From Fibrobacteria bacterium (GTDB taxonomy: Bacteria; Fibrobacterota; Fibrobacteria; UBA11236): 62,871 bases of DNA. This document shows, piece by piece, positions 58,044-62,871 of the stretch (position 1 is its first letter; the number at the start of each line of letters is the position of its first letter). The notes beneath the pieces were generated by a model. That model did no database searches, was not told where the DNA came from, and saw only the letters and a list, made by a program, of their open reading frames with translations. The stretch covers positions 1-62,871 of the forward strand of contig JAYTHY010000107.1 of NCBI GenBank assembly GCA_043732185.1. The letters run 5' to 3'. Both the position numbers and the translations under genes were made by a program.

Positions 58044-58901
58044 ATGAAAAAACCGGCCCTTGGAATATCCATGACTCTAGGATTATTCGCCATTCTGAGC
58101 CTTTCAGCATGTGGCAGTTCGCCTGCTTCAGGAACCAGCAATGATGCACAAAACCAACAGTTGGGAGTTCTGAAATCTTCCTTCGTACTTGGTAAGGTGG
58201 GAGCGTTAGGCAAGGCTGCAGCCATCAACTTATCAAAGTTGATCATAACCGGGATTTCCAGCACGACACCTCCGGATACAATTAGGGATACTAGCACGGT
58301 AAGCGGCAACTCCCAGATTACAGTCAATAAAACCTTTACTTTGAAACCCTTACGCAATTGGACATTGACTGCCAAAACTCTGGACGTGAAAGACTCCATG
58401 ATCCACACTGGGTCGACCTCGTCGTTCTTTGTTAAGCCGGCAGATACTGTGGAAGTGAGTTTAAACTTAACCTCCCGCTTCGCCATGTACGAAGCCAGGT
58501 TCAACAACCTGCCTGATAGTGTGAACTCGGCAACAGTAGGCACGGGCAAGGATGCGGTCAAAGTAAAACGCGTCCTATTAAAGGTGGACAATGTCATTAA
58601 AGCGGACTCTTCCGTAATAACAGCCTACAGCGGAGGACAAACCGTAGTCATCTATTTCGATTATATCACGCCGGGTTCCCACGTTGTTTTACTCGAGGCG
58701 TACGGCACCCTAAACAGCTATAATGGAATCCTTTATAGTGGGAGCACTACCGTCGATGTCGCTTCCGGCGCAGACGATTCCAAGTCTATTTCATTGGCCT
58801 GGCAAGGACCAGGTACAGGTGGAGCAAAGATAACCGTGACATTAGGAAAAGTTGGAAAAGTGACTATTAATGGCGCCTTGCCAGGAACGATACTTCCATG
58901 A
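58044..58901 (+). CDS. Lipoprotein with two beta-sandwich repeats (candidate pilin)
   Basis: Lipobox LSAC23; two similar 'L.P....L.A......I..GS....V..G....V.L.L' units. Confidence 0.7.
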   Translation: MKKPALGISMTLGLFAILSLSACGSSPASGTSNDAQNQQLGVLKSSFVLGKVGALGKAAAINLSKLIITGISSTTPPDTIRDTSTVSGNSQITVNKTFTLKPLRNWTLTAKTLDVKDSMIHTGSTSSFFVKPADTVEVSLNLTSRFAMYEARFNNLPDSVNSATVGTGKDAVKVKRVLLKVDNVIKADSSVITAYSGGQTVVIYFDYITPGSHVVLLEAYGTLNSYNGILYSGSTTVDVASGADDSKSISLAWQGPGTGGAKITVTLGKVGKVTINGALPGTILP

Positions 58902-61237
58902 ACGCACATAAAGTTTTCAAAATGCCAAAGGAAAAGGTGTATAGCATGGCTATGAGAATGTTCGGTTTGCTGATTGTTTGCTGTAGTCTGCTCTTCCAAG
59001 GATGCATATCCAATAACACCGAGCCGAATAAAACGACCGGAAACAGTGAAACACCAGCCGACACAGTTGCTAGCGGCAGCTTGATCTTCGCTTTTCAGAT
59101 GAATCGCGATGAATCAAACCATCGTAGACTCGCACGTTCGTCTTCCGAACAGGAAGCAGATTTACCCTCCGCGCAAGTTCCGGCAACGACTGTAGGCTGG
59201 TCACCAACAGAATCTGCTCCAGGGTCCGAACCAACCCGAGGCTATTCCATCCAGAATGCCCTCCTAAAAACGTCAGCGGCTTTTTCTAGCCTCCTAAACC
59301 CAGCAAGCACCTTTGCCCCAGCAACTCCGACTAATTTTTCCAATGATACCACTTGGATTCAAAGGGACGATTCTCTCAAAGGGTATGTCCAACAACTACG
59401 GACCTACAATTTTACTGATTCGTTCGGCACCGGCTCAGGTAGGGATTCTCTAGTGTTTAAATGGCCCTATACTGCGCCAAACCAGGCGGTCCTTGCCCAT
59501 ATATCTTTCCGGAACTATTCAAGTGGTAAAAAAGTAACGGCAAAGGTTATAGATGAGGACGGGGACGGGATTCTCAACCAATGCCCGGCTTCCAAGTTGA
59601 TAAAAATCCGCAAGGAATGGACTACAGTTTTGGGCGATACTGTTTTGAAAACCGTTACCCATACAACCCATGGACAAACTTCTGTCTATGATAGCGTCGG
59701 AATCGGTTCGCCAACAAGCTGGACGGATTCGGTTTCTGTACTTGGAAAATTAGTGCGGTGGCAGGAAACTTTAGATGGTGATGGAGACGGCTTTGTGCTG
59801 ACGCATGCTACTGGATCCAAAACCAAAGTAATCAGGAATTCTTATCGGGATTCCCAAAAAGGCTCACTGCAAATCTACTATGACGTTTTTGGGCCGGGAG
59901 CTGATGGCAATTACTTGACCCAAACCGACAATGAATTGTACCCGTACCGCACCGTAGTCGTGAATGATAAAGGTATCGACCAAACGATCGTCAAATACGG
60001 CGATGCCGATGGAGACGGCTATTTCTGGAATCCCGCTGCCGGGGCGGCAAACAAAGCGTGGATAACCCATGTCTATGCAGTAACCGATAGCATTACAGTG
60101 CATACCGACAGCCTAGTGGAAGTCGCGACTGCGTCTGGTAAGTTGGCGGAGGCTCGCATGGTATTATTCGTCGCCACCTTAAAGTATGCGGATGGTAGTG
60201 TTTCTACGGTGAGCTCTAAATTTCCACAGGGTTCCACTTCATTATCCGATTCCCTTACCGTCTGGGAACACCGTTCCTTTGCAGCATACATTCCAAAGAG
60301 TTCAAGCGATCCAATGGCCAATGTCGATTCCATATTACGCGTTTCATGGATTCTGTCTGGAGATCCAACCACTGCAGCGGACGACAAAGTTACCCATTGG
60401 TTTTCACAAACTTTCTATAAACCAGGACGTCCACTCGTCTCGACTGTGGATGTGTTTTCTCCAAGCAGTCCATTGGTATTAGGTCAAACAGCTTTAGCAG
60501 GAACATCCATGCATCAGGAGATCATGAAACCGACTACCAGCCAAAGTGTCATTCGCACTTTGGTTACCAGAAGTATGGACCCCGCTAAAAATCTTTCCAC
60601 CTGGAAATCCATCCGCTATTTTGAAAACGGAGATTCAGCCGTAACTAACGGCAATAACCCCGCCAAGGGTATTGTTGCTTATACAAGCAATCTAGGTCCA
60701 AATGTTAAAAATTCCGGCTGGAGCGATGCCACTTCCGGCTCATTCAAAGACACCATTAAATTTTTGGATCCAAGCGGCAAGGTACTGTCTAGTGAATATT
60801 GCAGTGGCACACTCATGCAGACCACAGGCGTAGGAGAATTTGACCGCACCAGCGTGCGCGAAGGCCTTTCCACTCAGGCACATTTCAAAATAGTTCAAGA
60901 TGGGTCCAAGGGACTACTGATAACTAAAACCATCGGCAATCAATCCTCTGTAATCCGAATTGTAGGCGATACCGCCACACAATCCGATTCCTCTGGTCTG
61001 TATATACGAAATTGCACCTGGTATCCGGAGGGCAGTGGGGTCAATCGGGTTCGACAAACGGTCGAGAAGATTTCAGATGGAAGCAAAGTATCCACGGGAT
61101 TGTTCGCCTTTGGAGAAGAAGGTTCCGGAAGTGGTACCTATACGCCAGTGGCTAAGAGCCTTAATCAAACCGACAAAAAGGTTCTTTGGACCGCGGATGG
61201 CGCAGTCTTTTTGGACGGACTAAGAATCGACAGATAA
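58898..61237 (+). CDS. Large Ser/Thr-rich lipoprotein with DxDGDG Ca-binding-like motifs
   Basis: Lipobox FQGC; DEDGDG, DGDGDG, DADGDG; ATGA overlap with the upstream gene (alternative start 58946). Confidence 0.7.
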   Translation: MNAHKVFKMPKEKVYSMAMRMFGLLIVCCSLLFQGCISNNTEPNKTTGNSETPADTVASGSLIFAFQMNRDESNHRRLARSSSEQEADLPSAQVPATTVGWSPTESAPGSEPTRGYSIQNALLKTSAAFSSLLNPASTFAPATPTNFSNDTTWIQRDDSLKGYVQQLRTYNFTDSFGTGSGRDSLVFKWPYTAPNQAVLAHISFRNYSSGKKVTAKVIDEDGDGILNQCPASKLIKIRKEWTTVLGDTVLKTVTHTTHGQTSVYDSVGIGSPTSWTDSVSVLGKLVRWQETLDGDGDGFVLTHATGSKTKVIRNSYRDSQKGSLQIYYDVFGPGADGNYLTQTDNELYPYRTVVVNDKGIDQTIVKYGDADGDGYFWNPAAGAANKAWITHVYAVTDSITVHTDSLVEVATASGKLAEARMVLFVATLKYADGSVSTVSSKFPQGSTSLSDSLTVWEHRSFAAYIPKSSSDPMANVDSILRVSWILSGDPTTAADDKVTHWFSQTFYKPGRPLVSTVDVFSPSSPLVLGQTALAGTSMHQEIMKPTTSQSVIRTLVTRSMDPAKNLSTWKSIRYFENGDSAVTNGNNPAKGIVAYTSNLGPNVKNSGWSDATSGSFKDTIKFLDPSGKVLSSEYCSGTLMQTTGVGEFDRTSVREGLSTQAHFKIVQDGSKGLLITKTIGNQSSVIRIVGDTATQSDSSGLYIRNCTWYPEGSGVNRVRQTVEKISDGSKVSTGLFAFGEEGSGSGTYTPVAKSLNQTDKKVLWTADGAVFLDGLRIDR

Positions 61238-61311
61238 CGAGTACCAAGTCGAGACCTGAACGCTCAGCTTGGTTGCACCGGACAGAACTTTGGCTGATTG
61301 AACGCTGTAAT

Positions 61312-62871
61312 CTAACCGTGTAACAATTTGTAGTTGATACCGTCTAGTAATGCCAACCAGCTGGCTTCGATAATATTAGTGGACACGCCTAAAGTACCCC
61401 AAGCTTCCTCCTCCGGGCGCGTGCGATCATGGAATCGAATCCAGACGCGAACTTTGGCACCTGTCCCCTTATTATTGTCCAAAACCCGTACTTTGTAATC
61501 GATCACTTCAATATTCTGCAGCGCTGGGAAAAACCGTCGCAAGGCTTTCCAAACCGCGGAATTCATAGCGTCTACCGGACCATTCCCTTCGGCGGCGGTA
61601 TGTTCAATCTCGTTCCCCACCTTGAGTTTGATCGTGAACTCGGAATGCACTTCTCCATTTTCACGCCGTTCCTCGATAGAGCGGAAACCCAGAAACTCGA
61701 AACGGTCCTTCCATAAATCCAGCTTGCGACGAGCCAATAGCTGGAAACTGGCGTCGGCGATTTCAAAATGATAGCCTTCGTCCTCTTTTTGTTTGACATC
61801 CGCCAATATGGCCGCTACCTGTGGGCTACGCTTATCCAAGTCGGGTTGTATCGCTTTGATTTTTTCCCAAACCAAACTGCTGCCGCTCTGGTTAGAAACA
61901 ATGAAATCACGGGCATTGCCCACGAGTGCCGGATCAATATGCTCAAAACTGCGCGCCAATTTCATAACCCCGTCGATATGAGCTCCACCCTTATGGGCAA
62001 ATGCAGCTTCGCCTACATAGGGCTGACGGATATCGTCGGCTAGATTGGCCAATTCACTAACCGCCAAACTCAAACCACGAAGACTGACTAATTGCGCATC
62101 GGAAACCACGCCCACTCCCATTTTAAGTTGCAATGCAGGAATAATCACGGTCAAATTGGCATTGCCACAGCGCTCTCCATAGCCGTTAATGGTGCCTTGC
62201 ACCTGTACGGCACCAGCTTTGACAGCGGCCAGAGAGTTCGCAACACCGGTACCAGTATCATTGTGGGCATGGATTCCCAACGGAAGTCCTAAATGCTTTT
62301 TCATGATGGCGGTGATTTCCTCTATCTTCCAAGGCAGCATGCCACCATTGGTATCACAAAGCACCAAACAGTCCGCACCCCCGTCCCGGGCAGCCTCCAA
62401 AGTCTTGACGGCATATTCGGGATTGGCCAGATAGCCGTCGAAAAAATGCTCCGCATCATACACTACTTCCTCGGCATGGTCTTTTAAATACGCCACGGAA
62501 TCTTTGATCATGCGCAAATTCTCATCCAAATTCGTCCGTAACACATCCGTTACATGCAAATCCCAACTTTTCCCGAAAATGGTGATCACGGGAGCAGCCG
62601 TTTCCACCAGGTGTTTGATAACCATGTCCTCACCGGGATGCGCCTTAGGCCGACAAGTGCTTCCAAACGCAGCAATTTTGGCGTGTTTCCATTCCATCTT
62701 CGCCGTTCGCCGAAAGAATTCAATATCCAATGGATTGGTTGGGTTGGGCCATCCGCCTTCGATATAGTCCACGCCGATAGCATCCAGTTTTCGGGCCACC
62801 GTCAACTTGTCTTCAAGGGAAAACGAAATCCCCTTAGCCTGACTTCCATCGCGGAGCGTCGTATCATAAAT
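61312..62871 (-). CDS. cimA: Citramalate synthase (5' end outside the window)
   Basis: IYDTTLRDG.Q at the window edge; YIEGGWP; GKSWDLHV; YDAEHFFDG; AFAHKGG. Confidence 0.9.
   Translation of the reverse strand: MYDTTLRDGSQAKGISFSLEDKLTVARKLDAIGVDYIEGGWPNPTNPLDIEFFRRTAKMEWKHAKIAAFGSTCRPKAHPGEDMVIKHLVETAAPVITIFGKSWDLHVTDVLRTNLDENLRMIKDSVAYLKDHAEEVVYDAEHFFDGYLANPEYAVKTLEAARDGGADCLVLCDTNGGMLPWKIEEITAIMKKHLGLPLGIHAHNDTGTGVANSLAAVKAGAVQVQGTINGYGERCGNANLTVIIPALQLKMGVGVVSDAQLVSLRGLSLAVSELANLADDIRQPYVGEAAFAHKGGAHIDGVMKLARSFEHIDPALVGNARDFIVSNQSGSSLVWEKIKAIQPDLDKRSPQVAAILADVKQKEDEGYHFEIADASFQLLARRKLDLWKDRFEFLGFRSIEERRENGEVHSEFTIKLKVGNEIEHTAAEGNGPVDAMNSAVWKALRRFFPALQNIEVIDYKVRVLDNNKGTGAKVRVWIRFHDRTRPEEEAWGTLGVSTNIIEASWLALLDGINYKLLHG

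Overview
A 62.9-kb bacterial chromosomal window, probably from an environmental Fibrobacterota/FCB-superphylum organism (inferred from T9SS/FlgD-Ig-type C-terminal sorting domains and lipoprotein style, not from a marker gene). The left ~1.9 kb is a stack of mobile-element remnants at the 3' end of tRNA-Thr(CGT): the start of an IS4-family element, a truncated group IIC intron next to a perfect hairpin, a tRNA-Ile 3' fragment (att-like), an excisionase-like HTH gene and 11-bp arm-type repeats. From 3.8 to 21.3 kb is a sigma54-led flagellar cluster (motE-like, fliK, flgD, flgE, flbD, fliLMNOPQR, flhBAF, fliA) that lacks motAB and flhG at their usual positions, followed by an HDOD protein and a GAF histidine kinase. 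The rest is a mix of housekeeping genes (dusA, xth, crcB, dsbD, cbpA-type dnaJ, DTW, POT transporter, desaturase, hisD, cimA, tRNA-Pro) and secreted or outer-membrane proteins. These include two near-duplicate BNR/sortilin beta-propeller proteins and a lipoprotein pair whose first member shows sequence hallmarks of a donor-strand (type V-like) pilin. All product calls rest on motif recognition by eye; no searches were run.
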